Below are positions 30,501 through 38,222 of a stretch of 56,534 bases of DNA, one piece after another. This DNA is from a virus. Taxonomy: Duplodnaviria > Caudoviricetes. The notes beneath the pieces are model-generated. The model saw only the letters and a program-made list of their open reading frames with translations, was not told the DNA's origin and did not search any database. Made by a program: the position numbers and the translations under genes. The first letter of the stretch is position 1; every line of letters starts with the position of its first letter. The DNA is taken from IMG/VR virus record IMGVR_UViG_3300007276_000059, positions 1 through 56,534 of that record, one strand, 5' to 3'.

Positions 30501-31170
30501 GAAAGACTTTAATATTAGTGGTGAGATTAGAGATGCTATTACGCAAGCTGATGAGATGGCTACTGATAATAATTTTGTATCCCAATTTCAAAGACATAGT
30601 AAGAATAACTCTAAGGTAGTTAAATCACTGAATGTAGGCAAGATGGAAGGTAATAAAAACCTATTCATTTATGCTCCTGCTAAAAATAAATCACAAGAAT
30701 TCGGATCTGTTGATGGTAATACAAGATTTTTCCCTAAATTTGTGAATGGAAGAGTATCTTCTTATAATCCACAAACAGGTTGGACTAAGGTTGATAATCA
30801 CTTATTTGAACAAGTAGGAACAGTACAGAGGATTGATGCTGACGGTGCTAAAATTAGAGTGCCAGTGTATTCCAGAACATTCGAATTGGGATCTACCAAA
30901 GGTAAGTATAAGAGTTTTGAATATGCAAAAGGACAGAAAATTACTGAGTCCCAAGTTTCAGAAAACAACGTGCCGCCATTAGTTCAAGTGAAAGCTCAAG
31001 ACCAGTTAAATGAAATTCTTAAGAATGAAAAAACATTTAAAGATAATAATGGGAAGCAGTTTGATGATATTATCACTGATGCTATCATAGAACAAAAAGC
31101 TGGTGACATTCAGACTATAAAAGATAATCTAACACAAATCATTGCGGATAAGAAAATCACATGTAAATAA
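24595..31170 (+). CDS. Virion-packaged single-chain RNA polymerase (phi14:2 gp66-like)
   Basis: 2191 aa; catalytic GSDFDIDK (28711-28734), YRIPNQG, TDAQ, QPLKG and AYVDIAKDP. Confidence 0.92.
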   Translation: MKECTVLNIANGKKSELYYQFKEIFQDEQAAEIAYAKVIGSSFMKRFGDWGYNYKNSGAKDLKKIGLVEANGEPMLKQDLTTNMWFFTDKNGDRDYIDKYKFSEFTAQQVEEVTDYLLYRFVLEGGKKSYNEYDPSELEEGRILASIDRAIATYIEDIQGKENKDQLSVNIELVRKNRVDFKNELISSIQSLGLKVRERITDPEGNPITEIAEKDKGGGVNIKESFETNSKDTATVNTKIFLSQIEERVFAEDIYGNEVSVPVESGFLETPAFAKFDDVWETLNKILVDEVGYGHGENVVDIFDVMYNKISDFQDTKLWMHDLLDKLKFYQDTGNTNKITEFVQAFSKTNLNYFVTQVDGGEYTVINATSTNSRQSQLTNRWNNSFVARFLGEDGKLADRERGVLAQVLKDTRTSFKEWNKNYAQVSKEYREAQGIAETLYKEDSVGREEAMEEALENYQDGLYDNAGVSATGLVSILERLGATDITTDDVNTMIIMNGGDKKVAQTIDSLYKSLGFMLNDILKEGHEFTNDAGAFENVFNREIFTKAFAEAVGFRMTDMSDSSVLLNQGKSGYTVSNPTYISNKINEWKKDPNQLENMMLDISKKNSEWLSYLLALDKDKGDERNNERAKRLDSFKAGLDASFKSKGKNDGVENTSITTNDQINANLVQMLNTNLGGKSMFPTIIAADKSRRILFEGLPTFKSNIQSRDDGSIYISPKAVDTAFGYFLDEYNRMKRVNRENKDDDIKKVVHYHGDKGNGLKSQIFPQFNKNSLDPEFAELRAAIYGETFKDDKHEGMSSGQEEVVRKFIEQDLMARVGEHAEKLKNLDGLSENMVSHYKRITKGDPIVALAGDYFMNGLISSVEYTKLFSGDPAYYKNNADLIKRIPATYTDGLQLRLESGDALRFNQATIEGVEVSSKYVDKILKSVKDKSIADAYTRDPSRNLSGVNTTDAQAWITPRRWRFLKQKLGQWGPQHDKVYSKMRTGESMSPSEMKLAAQPLKGVYFEINEGRPVYLKYSQAVLIPSLVKGTPMESIYNKMTQNPETGKPYGDKEGHLEVHEVVTIDGIKVGAVEPTRINVDGTTELLPEADIVLNPQILNNRGWKLQQDLPIKLMHDTNVGSQIQKNIFEGLKLTGDYSVNGESKPVKGKDLAQRIHDTVSKLSNLGKEDIKREFGIDENNIITDKKYIYNALLREFEDRGGNENVLDALRKQMPLDSIPQIKGKVESIFMSIMNRKMTKISTEGGSFIQVSPFGLETVGEDSGITIVSKSYNGKALLPPRIEKGKVLPGQAFITHTQAMKLLSKQKPKIKLEGKDIASAIALLDPSALEMITYRIPNQGMSSNDYLEIVGVLPPGVGDSIIVYDGLPAKTGSDFDIDKLFAMQNTLVYDPEIMKVTKLTRENAHLLPKKVTKLSENASQKQILEAKSKDEANHASKIEKLLTQNDLVAQYKAVLNSPLTYDAMMRSIDGAQLKDDIVGTKGKDGKLKGGLFPAPVMKNMELFSPLTQLETKSDYLSGKMGVGQTANHLVDHVMNQMLDVRLTKWIGVGNQREVTGKKGKKKLITFFDSETTGTHSIADNLSAFLNAYVDIAKDPYIARANHNSVTANTTFMLLRAGADMKWVNRFIGQPILKELVDLQREQMSITANDIMLKGVDGELSKGNALDQIRMKYEFAPIPSNVSGHTVAGLSEAALEKNIRSGTQDANLDYEVLKAWSFLQEQGKIFGEAVIASKSDTAGAGGSNVDRLVNENKIKKVYKDKNIEGYEAKFNGTMLGTYAENTLQFVKDVIRASNLFLSGTQGAIDTYNTVSFQTANGELLTDAKLGKAIDGAFYSYIMSGTTLFKDNNSRYKTLTENVPDSILERQQDIVDGKAEQNFLIQEFEVSTWKDKKYLGINNKNKPTYYENQIYRGWMDLYESYNYKADGSLDTDSIHPDKKLAIDLVRYAFLSSGFQNNLSQFFSYIPHQILKDFNISGEIRDAITQADEMATDNNFVSQFQRHSKNNSKVVKSLNVGKMEGNKNLFIYAPAKNKSQEFGSVDGNTRFFPKFVNGRVSSYNPQTGWTKVDNHLFEQVGTVQRIDADGAKIRVPVYSRTFELGSTKGKYKSFEYAKGQKITESQVSENNVPPLVQVKAQDQLNEILKNEKTFKDNNGKQFDDIITDAIIEQKAGDIQTIKDNLTQIIADKKITCK

Positions 31171-31176
31171 AATATT

Positions 31177-34100
31177 ATGAGTTGTACAACGTATTTATAT
31201 AAAGGACAAAAATTGAATGAAGAACAACTTATTCAGGTATTGTCGATTGATCCAAAGATAGTAGAATCTTACAAAGCTCAAGAGGAGCGTCAAGGTTCTG
31301 ACTATGAAAGAGAAGATAGAATCATTTTCGAACAGAAAGTAGATGCTCTAAAGAAGACTATGAATGTTGAAGTCATATATGATGAGACTGTTGAAACATC
31401 TAGGCTACTTGGGCGTAATGATCCAAGAACTAAAGCTGCAGGAAAGCCTGTTATCTTAATTAATCCTAACCAATTATTCAAGACTACTGCAATCCATGAA
31501 TTTGGACATGTATTTATTGATGCATTTCCAGGTGGCTTGGAAAATAAAAGACTTCAAAGAGCATTGGATCAACTTCGTGATACAGAATTGTGGGCAGAAG
31601 TTACGGCATTGTATCCTGATTTATCTGAAAACATGCTTCATAAAGAAATATTGGTGACAGCTATCGGGAGAGAAGGATCACAAATATGGGAAGATGGAGA
31701 GAATAAAAGTAAATGGGAATCATTTGTAGCATGGTTTTCAGATTTCATCAATAGAGCTTTTGGGCTTAACAGAAATGAAGTGCAGAGCTTATCACGCGAG
31801 CTATTGAATGATAGGGTGAAAGATATCAGTGCTACACAAATAGAAGAGACTGCTCAAGAGATGCGTCCGTTATTTATTAACAAAGAAAAAGAAGCTAAAA
31901 CTGAAGCTGATAAAAATTTCGATAGTTTAGAAGCTAAAGTTGAGAAAGGATACAACAATTTATTAGGAGTTGTTACTAAAGTATATAGAAGTCAAATAAA
32001 AACTACTGAATCTGCCAGAAAAAGAGAGAAAGCAAATGTAGAGGCAGGTAAAGTAACAAGATTATCGTCTATCGCAGATTTACAAGAAAAACTTCAAAAA
32101 TATGAAGAGGCTGATAAAAAGTTTGGATTTGTAAGATACTTGAATTGGGCACGTAAAGAGTTGCATTTTATGAAAAGGGAAATTGACAGAAGAGAAAATG
32201 AAGGTGCTTTAGATAATAATGCTTTAAGAAAAGCTTATAATTGGAGTGCTTCATTTAATGTATTATCAGAACTACAAGGATTGTTAGAAGAACTAAGAAA
32301 TACTGTTAAGTTAGAAGATGGTGAGCTTGTAACAATGAGAGATCTTCTTACGGAACTTAATGGTGTTCGTAAAGAAATAGATACTAAGTTACTTAAAAAT
32401 TCAAGAAAACATTATGCTGAATTATTAGCTAAACATGATACTGAAACTGAAGAGGGATATAAACTTGGATTTAAGCAAGAGTATGCTGAATTAGAAGCTG
32501 TTGGTGATACTGGTATGCAGGAGGGTGAATATATTATCCAGAAAATGCAGGAGAATAAAGTTGAAATTGAAGACGCTAAATTAATTAAAGCAGAAGAGAG
32601 ATCTGAAACTTCATTAACTAAGATGAGTAAATTATCTATGATGCTTTTATCTGAGAAAGAGATGAAGGCTAAAGATATTCAGATGATCTCAAAACTTCTT
32701 GATGAGGCTTCTCGTAAGATAGAGAAGTTCTCTACTGAAGAAGCCACTAATGAAGACGCTATGAATAAAGCATTCAAAAAACATTCTGACAGTAGAAACA
32801 TGAAAAAGAAATACTCTGGGATGTTTGTAACATCTGAAGATGGAGTATCGTATTATACTGGTGAATATAAGCCAGAGTTTATTGAAGAGAAAAATAAAAT
32901 GGCCCGTGAAATGGGTGACCAAGAAATTTATGATGAAAAATATAAAGATATTCAAGTTGCTGAAAAAGAAGATAGAGAAGGTAATAAAGATTACTACTAT
33001 GAATCTACTGTTGTTTCGTCTAAGACTGGAAAACCTATAAAGAGAAAAATAAGTATTCCCGGTGGATCTGAAGTTAGAGTTGAAGGTATTGCAGATTTAA
33101 AAGATGGCGAGAGAGCTATGCATGTATCTTATAAAATGACTAATGGTAAGAGAATGACTATTCCTATTAATGAAGCTATTGCTCGTAGTGAATATTCTCA
33201 CTGGAAAAGTACTAACATGAAAAAGGTTAAAAGAAAAATTAACGGTAAAACAGTTACAAGAATATTACCTACTGAAAAATGGAAAAGTGAAGAATGGAAG
33301 GAACTTAAGAAACCTGAAAATAAGATTAAATTTGATGAACTTGAAAGGCTTAAAGAAAATAATAGACGTACTGATGCAATGTATGATAAAAAAGATTCTA
33401 TTATACAAAAGCTAGATGAAGGTAGTGATTTACATCCAGATTTTAGAAGAGCTGAATTTATGAGACTACCTGGAGTCATGAAGACTACAACTTCAAGAAT
33501 TGCTGAGGGACAGTCAATAATGACTATGGGTAAAAATGCCATCAGTAGATTGATAGAAACTCAAGAAGATGATTTCGATGTAGAAACTTATACAGATTTC
33601 AAAGAAGGCGAGACATTAAGACTTCCTTCTCCATATAGAGCTAAGTTGCAGGAAAATGATCAGTCATTTGACTTACACACAATAGGATTATTACATTCTG
33701 TTATGGGTAAAAATTATGAAGAGAAGAAAGCAATTGAATCTACTCTACTTGTATTGACAGAGGTTATGGCTAAGAAGCAATATCCTGTATTAGACTCCGT
33801 GACAGGTAAACAAAAGATTGACGCACAAACAAAGAAACCTTTATGGGTATCTGGAGCTGATTCGGCTGAGCATAAGAAGGCTTTATCTATATTAGAGAAT
33901 AGACTATATAGCATTACAACAAAGCAAGCAGGAGGCTTTAAAATAGCTGGTAAAACTATTGAGACTCAGCAAGTAGTTAAAGCTGGTTTAAAGTATTTTG
34001 GAACTGTATCTCTTGTATTTAACTATGCTAACAGTATTGTGAATACAACTACTGGTACATTCTCAAATCTAATTGAAGCTGTTGGAGGTGATACTTATAA

Positions 34101-35292
34101 TTTAAAAGATTACAAGAAAGCACAACAGCTTTATAATTTTGACCTGAAGAATATAATGGCTGATATGGGAGCTAACGTATCCAAATCTAAGACTAATTTA
34201 CTTATGTCTAATTTCAATACAATGGGACCGGGACATCTTAATAACAATTTTGAGGAAGGATCCAGAATGGAAGGGTTAATGAATCAAGATAGCTTACGTC
34301 CGTTATCTAACATGGGTGAACACATGATGCAGTCAAAAGTAATGTATGCAATATTGAGTAGTATTAAAGTTCAGAATGATAAAGGAGTTTGGTTAGATAT
34401 TAATGGTGCTCCAACAACATCTAAATCTAAAGCGGCCAGTTTAGTTGACATGATTACTTTTAAGGTTAATGATAAAGGTGGTAAAGAAATGGTATTAAAT
34501 CCAGCAGTACAGAATACATCATTCACAACTGGAGGAGGACAAGAAGCAATTCTTTTGGAAACGCGTAATTTAATCAGAAGTAAAGTTGATGAATTACACG
34601 GACAATATACTAATGACATCCAAGCACACGCTCAGAGATATATGTTAGGTAAGATGGGATTCTTCTTGAGAAAATGGATGATACCTGGATACCTGCGTAG
34701 ATTTCGTGGTATTCAAAATTCATTCAAACCTGCAGATGCAGAATTATCTGAAGCAGATGAATTCTATTCTGCAGATCAGAAAGAACACATGGAAGGGTAT
34801 TACATTTCAACAGTTAGATTCTTATCTAAAGTTATATCAGATACAAGGGAAGATGGTATTAACATCGCGAAGTCATGGAAAGAATTAACACCTAAGCAAC
34901 AAGCAGGTATTAGAAAGACTATGATGGATGTAGTTTTAATGACAGCAATAACATTAGCTTACGGAATTATGGAAGGTGATGGAGATATTGATGATGAAGA
35001 TATATTCTTAGCGTATTTATTAAGAAGACAACAATCTGAATTAACAACATTTGCTAACCCTGTTGAAGCATTTAAGATTGCACAAACCCCAACTGCAGCA
35101 GTAGGTAACTTGAAGCAGATATTCAAGACTATGAATTACATGACACCGTGGGCATGGGGAGATAGATATAAAGTTGGCCCATATAAAGATGATCTGAAAT
35201 TGTATCACAAAGCTAAACGATTGTTACCAAGATTCAAGAATAATGATGACTTTAAACAATCATTGGACTTCTTACGAACTATGAATATGTAG
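31177..35292 (+). CDS. Large virion protein with N-terminal zincin metalloprotease domain
   Basis: TAIHEFGHVF (HEFGH 31495-31509) with a downstream E (KEILVTAIG); follows the RNAP gene as in crAss-like phages. Confidence 0.7.
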   Translation: MSCTTYLYKGQKLNEEQLIQVLSIDPKIVESYKAQEERQGSDYEREDRIIFEQKVDALKKTMNVEVIYDETVETSRLLGRNDPRTKAAGKPVILINPNQLFKTTAIHEFGHVFIDAFPGGLENKRLQRALDQLRDTELWAEVTALYPDLSENMLHKEILVTAIGREGSQIWEDGENKSKWESFVAWFSDFINRAFGLNRNEVQSLSRELLNDRVKDISATQIEETAQEMRPLFINKEKEAKTEADKNFDSLEAKVEKGYNNLLGVVTKVYRSQIKTTESARKREKANVEAGKVTRLSSIADLQEKLQKYEEADKKFGFVRYLNWARKELHFMKREIDRRENEGALDNNALRKAYNWSASFNVLSELQGLLEELRNTVKLEDGELVTMRDLLTELNGVRKEIDTKLLKNSRKHYAELLAKHDTETEEGYKLGFKQEYAELEAVGDTGMQEGEYIIQKMQENKVEIEDAKLIKAEERSETSLTKMSKLSMMLLSEKEMKAKDIQMISKLLDEASRKIEKFSTEEATNEDAMNKAFKKHSDSRNMKKKYSGMFVTSEDGVSYYTGEYKPEFIEEKNKMAREMGDQEIYDEKYKDIQVAEKEDREGNKDYYYESTVVSSKTGKPIKRKISIPGGSEVRVEGIADLKDGERAMHVSYKMTNGKRMTIPINEAIARSEYSHWKSTNMKKVKRKINGKTVTRILPTEKWKSEEWKELKKPENKIKFDELERLKENNRRTDAMYDKKDSIIQKLDEGSDLHPDFRRAEFMRLPGVMKTTTSRIAEGQSIMTMGKNAISRLIETQEDDFDVETYTDFKEGETLRLPSPYRAKLQENDQSFDLHTIGLLHSVMGKNYEEKKAIESTLLVLTEVMAKKQYPVLDSVTGKQKIDAQTKKPLWVSGADSAEHKKALSILENRLYSITTKQAGGFKIAGKTIETQQVVKAGLKYFGTVSLVFNYANSIVNTTTGTFSNLIEAVGGDTYNLKDYKKAQQLYNFDLKNIMADMGANVSKSKTNLLMSNFNTMGPGHLNNNFEEGSRMEGLMNQDSLRPLSNMGEHMMQSKVMYAILSSIKVQNDKGVWLDINGAPTTSKSKAASLVDMITFKVNDKGGKEMVLNPAVQNTSFTTGGGQEAILLETRNLIRSKVDELHGQYTNDIQAHAQRYMLGKMGFFLRKWMIPGYLRRFRGIQNSFKPADAELSEADEFYSADQKEHMEGYYISTVRFLSKVISDTREDGINIAKSWKELTPKQQAGIRKTMMDVVLMTAITLAYGIMEGDGDIDDEDIFLAYLLRRQQSELTTFANPVEAFKIAQTPTAAVGNLKQIFKTMNYMTPWAWGDRYKVGPYKDDLKLYHKAKRLLPRFKNNDDFKQSLDFLRTMNM

Positions 35293-35316
35293 CATATTTA
35301 GATAAAAAAAAGCTAT

Positions 35317-35353
35317 AAAAAAAAGCCCTATCAGAATTAACTGATAGGGCTTT
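35317..35353. terminator. Bidirectional terminator between the convergent structural and replication modules
   Basis: A8-GCCCTATCAG-AATTAA-CTGATAGGGC-TTT. Confidence 0.85.
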
Positions 35354-35406
35354 CTAACTAACATAAACATTAATTTCAAATCACAAAAATTAATATTTTA
35401 ATGACT

Positions 35407-35718
35407 CTACACTCTACTCTTCATCTTGACGTAGAGTCGTTCATATTCTGAATCTATTACAGAAATATACTTTTTAACATCATCATAATCATTTTGATTG
35501 TATAATATGTTATTTAAAGGTTTAAAAGGAATTCCTTTCTGAATAAATATTTTAACCATAGTACTATTTTGCGATTGAGCTGATACATAAATGGTCAAAC
35601 CTTGTTTATTGCACCAGCTCATTGCTTCAATGTTCCTATTGAAATATCTATAATCAATCTCATTCTGTATCTTTAACTTCTGTAGTTTCTCCTGCTTTGT
35701 AGTTAATTTCTTGTTCAT
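35407..35718 (-). CDS. Hypothetical protein
   Basis: 103-aa ORF on the coding strand. Confidence 0.6.
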   Translation of the reverse strand: MNKKLTTKQEKLQKLKIQNEIDYRYFNRNIEAMSWCNKQGLTIYVSAQSQNSTMVKIFIQKGIPFKPLNNILYNQNDYDDVKKYISVIDSEYERLYVKMKSRV

Positions 35719-35748
35719 CTTCGCATTCCTTTATCATGTCGATTAAAT

Positions 35749-36234
35749 TTATCTGCTTTCCCATGAGAATTCTGGTTGATTATAATATGATTCACTCTGG
35801 ATCACTTGTTCAATATAGCTTTGTGCTGTACTTCCATAGTAATCTCTAATATCAATCAACATTTGTTCACTAGGTATCAATAATGAATCTATTCTCATCA
35901 AGAAAGTCTTTTTCTCGCTAAGTAGATGTCTAACGGCTGTACCTGTTGTAGAATCGCAACGAATTGCTAATGGTATTGTTTCAACAATTCCTTTGAATGG
36001 TGATGATTCAGCAACATATAATAACAGTTGGTCGGCACACATTATTTTATTATTACTGCCTCGGTTCTTTCTCATACTTCTACGTGTAATGTTACTGTCT
36101 TCTATTTCTGCAATATAGGAAGCTGAATTATCAGTGTAAGCATCTTGCTGAACCATTTTATCTAATACTTTAGATTTAATTATGCATATTGAACCTATTC
36201 CTGGTGGCTTAGGTTGTCTTCTTCTTAATATCAT
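35749..36234 (-). CDS. Hypothetical protein
   Basis: 161-aa ORF with A-rich leader. Confidence 0.6.
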   Translation of the reverse strand: MILRRRQPKPPGIGSICIIKSKVLDKMVQQDAYTDNSASYIAEIEDSNITRRSMRKNRGSNNKIMCADQLLLYVAESSPFKGIVETIPLAIRCDSTTGTAVRHLLSEKKTFLMRIDSLLIPSEQMLIDIRDYYGSTAQSYIEQVIQSESYYNQPEFSWESR

Positions 36235-36257
36235 GTGATTTAATTTTAATTGTTAAT

Positions 36258-36284
36258 AAAAATGGGGAGCTATTACACTCCCCA
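36258..36284 (-). terminator. Rho-independent terminator
   Basis: Minus strand TGGGGAGT-GTAATA-GCTCCCCA-TTTTT. Confidence 0.75.
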
Positions 36285-36370
36285 ATGTTAATTTAGATAA
36301 TAGTAGCCACTTAAAATTTCTCGGGCATTACACTCGTAAATAGTTCGAGGTTTTTTTATCTAGAAATGGA

Positions 36371-36928
36371 TCAACTCCCAAATCCTTTTACAGTCTCGAA
36401 TATTACTTCAGGAATGTCGTCAGAAAAAGGAGAATCAGTTTTAATTATCAGTTTATTTATGTTCCTGCTTACAGTTTCCAACTGCATATCAGGAGCATCA
36501 GATTTCACTGAATCTTGTTTGTCAAGAATCTTTCGAATCCTACTAACGTTATTGTAGCCCATCTTCTTCATGTACTCTTCTATCGCTTTCTTATGGGAAT
36601 CTGAGAAATCTTTATATTTCCCTTCGGCAAATAATTCTCTGCCTCTCTTCATTACATGTGTTAGCTTAAACTTGTAAACCACCTTCTCGCCAAAGTCAGA
36701 ATGACCAAGGTACATTGGGTGGCTCATTAGTTTACCTTCATATTTCAGGAAGCCTGGTTTGCTAGACCAAGCGTACATAACACAAAAAGTTTCATCGCCA
36801 TCATCAAAAGATACATAACAATTTAATAAGAACTGAGCATACTCAAACTTCACTTCAGTATCAACCAAAGGAAGCATATAAGTCAAGCTCTTATTCTTAA
36901 CTAAATTGATTTTAAATGTGTCTTTCAT
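36371..36928 (-). CDS. Hypothetical protein coupled to the nuclease gene
   Basis: 185 aa, ATGA overlap. Confidence 0.7.
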   Translation of the reverse strand: MKDTFKINLVKNKSLTYMLPLVDTEVKFEYAQFLLNCYVSFDDGDETFCVMYAWSSKPGFLKYEGKLMSHPMYLGHSDFGEKVVYKFKLTHVMKRGRELFAEGKYKDFSDSHKKAIEEYMKKMGYNNVSRIRKILDKQDSVKSDAPDMQLETVSRNINKLIIKTDSPFSDDIPEVIFETVKGFGS

Positions 36929-38019
36929 CTCGCTTCTGTTATAGATTTTAAATTCATTTCAACCAAACCTTTTGATTGCTGTTGTTCGAGAGTGTAATCA
37001 GCCATGTTATTCTGAACACTATAATAGTAGTCATCTAACAAATCATATACTCCTCTGTAAGCAAATCCATATCTATCTACAAAACCATTTAGAGCCGCAG
37101 TATGCATGTCTTCAGCAACTTTAAATCTCAATGGTCTATTTGGATTGATCTTGGATATGTAAACAAATTCAAATTCTCTAACAGTGTATCCCATTAATTC
37201 AAAATCATTATCAACAATAGCTTTTAGTGCTTCTCTATATAAAGCTCCTTGAATGTAATACCTATGAAGGGTATATAACATTGGGAATTCTTTACATGGA
37301 GCCTCACCTGTCTTTAAATCTATTGGAAATATTAACTTCTCATTATGGTTCACTACAAGACAATCTAACATCCCTTTACATCTTCTACCATCAACTACTG
37401 TATCAAACTTATACTGGTAAATAATCTCTATACCCGGAATATTCTGGGCAAAGTATTTAGCTGTATAAGGATGTGTAATTAATGTAGCTGCTGTATGAGC
37501 TGCATGATCCCACATATCAGGTTTAATCAAGTTCTTTCCTCTACTCCTAATTCTGTCCTTAAAATATTCTGATCCTGCCTTAACTACCGTCTCGATAGTT
37601 TTAGTTTCAGAATAATTCTTATAGACATCTAATTTAGTAGCAGATGCAAGAATATCTTTCTCGTACTGTTTAATATTGGATGTAATCTTTCTTGATTTCC
37701 TTCTCCCTAAAGCAGTAATGGTGTCTGAGATTTGTCCTTCTGCACCATCAAGACCTTCTAGGATTAGGTCACAAATTTTCTTTACATTCGTTGTAGGTAG
37801 CTTAGGAGAGAGTCCCTTATGAAAGGTTTTCTCAACAAGATGTGGTTCGAAACACATCATATCAACTAAACTACCAAATTTTAAATTAAAGCTCTGTTTC
37901 ACGCCTCCTACCACATCTAATCCTTGTTTATCTATACTAGATAACATTGAATAAGATGGTAGCTCTAAGTCTCTGTACTCTTGTTCCGTCAACTTTAAGT
38001 TATGATCCTGTATTGCCAT
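36925..38019 (-). CDS. PD-(D/E)XK exonuclease (DUF3799/RecE-like)
   Basis: 'SYS.LS', 'FGSLVD', 'KGMLD...IDLKT', 'Y.IQ..LY'. Confidence 0.8.
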   Translation of the reverse strand: MAIQDHNLKLTEQEYRDLELPSYSMLSSIDKQGLDVVGGVKQSFNLKFGSLVDMMCFEPHLVEKTFHKGLSPKLPTTNVKKICDLILEGLDGAEGQISDTITALGRRKSRKITSNIKQYEKDILASATKLDVYKNYSETKTIETVVKAGSEYFKDRIRSRGKNLIKPDMWDHAAHTAATLITHPYTAKYFAQNIPGIEIIYQYKFDTVVDGRRCKGMLDCLVVNHNEKLIFPIDLKTGEAPCKEFPMLYTLHRYYIQGALYREALKAIVDNDFELMGYTVREFEFVYISKINPNRPLRFKVAEDMHTAALNGFVDRYGFAYRGVYDLLDDYYYSVQNNMADYTLEQQQSKGLVEMNLKSITEAR

Positions 38020-38210
38020 TAAGTCTTATAGTTTTGAGTCAAGAATACACCATCTGAATCACATTCTCTACCTGATTCATCTTCATATCCTACTAAATAT
38101 GATTCATCACTTACTAATGGTTTATCATTGTCATGTGCATCAGCTAAAGGCACCACCTGATCACTGAATCCAATTCTTGCGAATACTTCTAATGTTTTTT
38201 CTATTGCCAT
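38019..38210 (-). CDS. Small acidic hypothetical protein
   Basis: 63 aa; TAATG coupling to the downstream gene. Confidence 0.65.
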   Translation of the reverse strand: MAIEKTLEVFARIGFSDQVVPLADAHDNDKPLVSDESYLVGYEDESGRECDSDGVFLTQNYKT

Positions 38211-38222
38211 TATCTTTGTTTA

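Noticed and set aside
67-34888. Short antisense or alternate-frame ORFs within structural genes (e.g. 22393..22800, 26430..26837)
   Set aside because: Shadow ORFs of long coding genes with no motifs or expression signals
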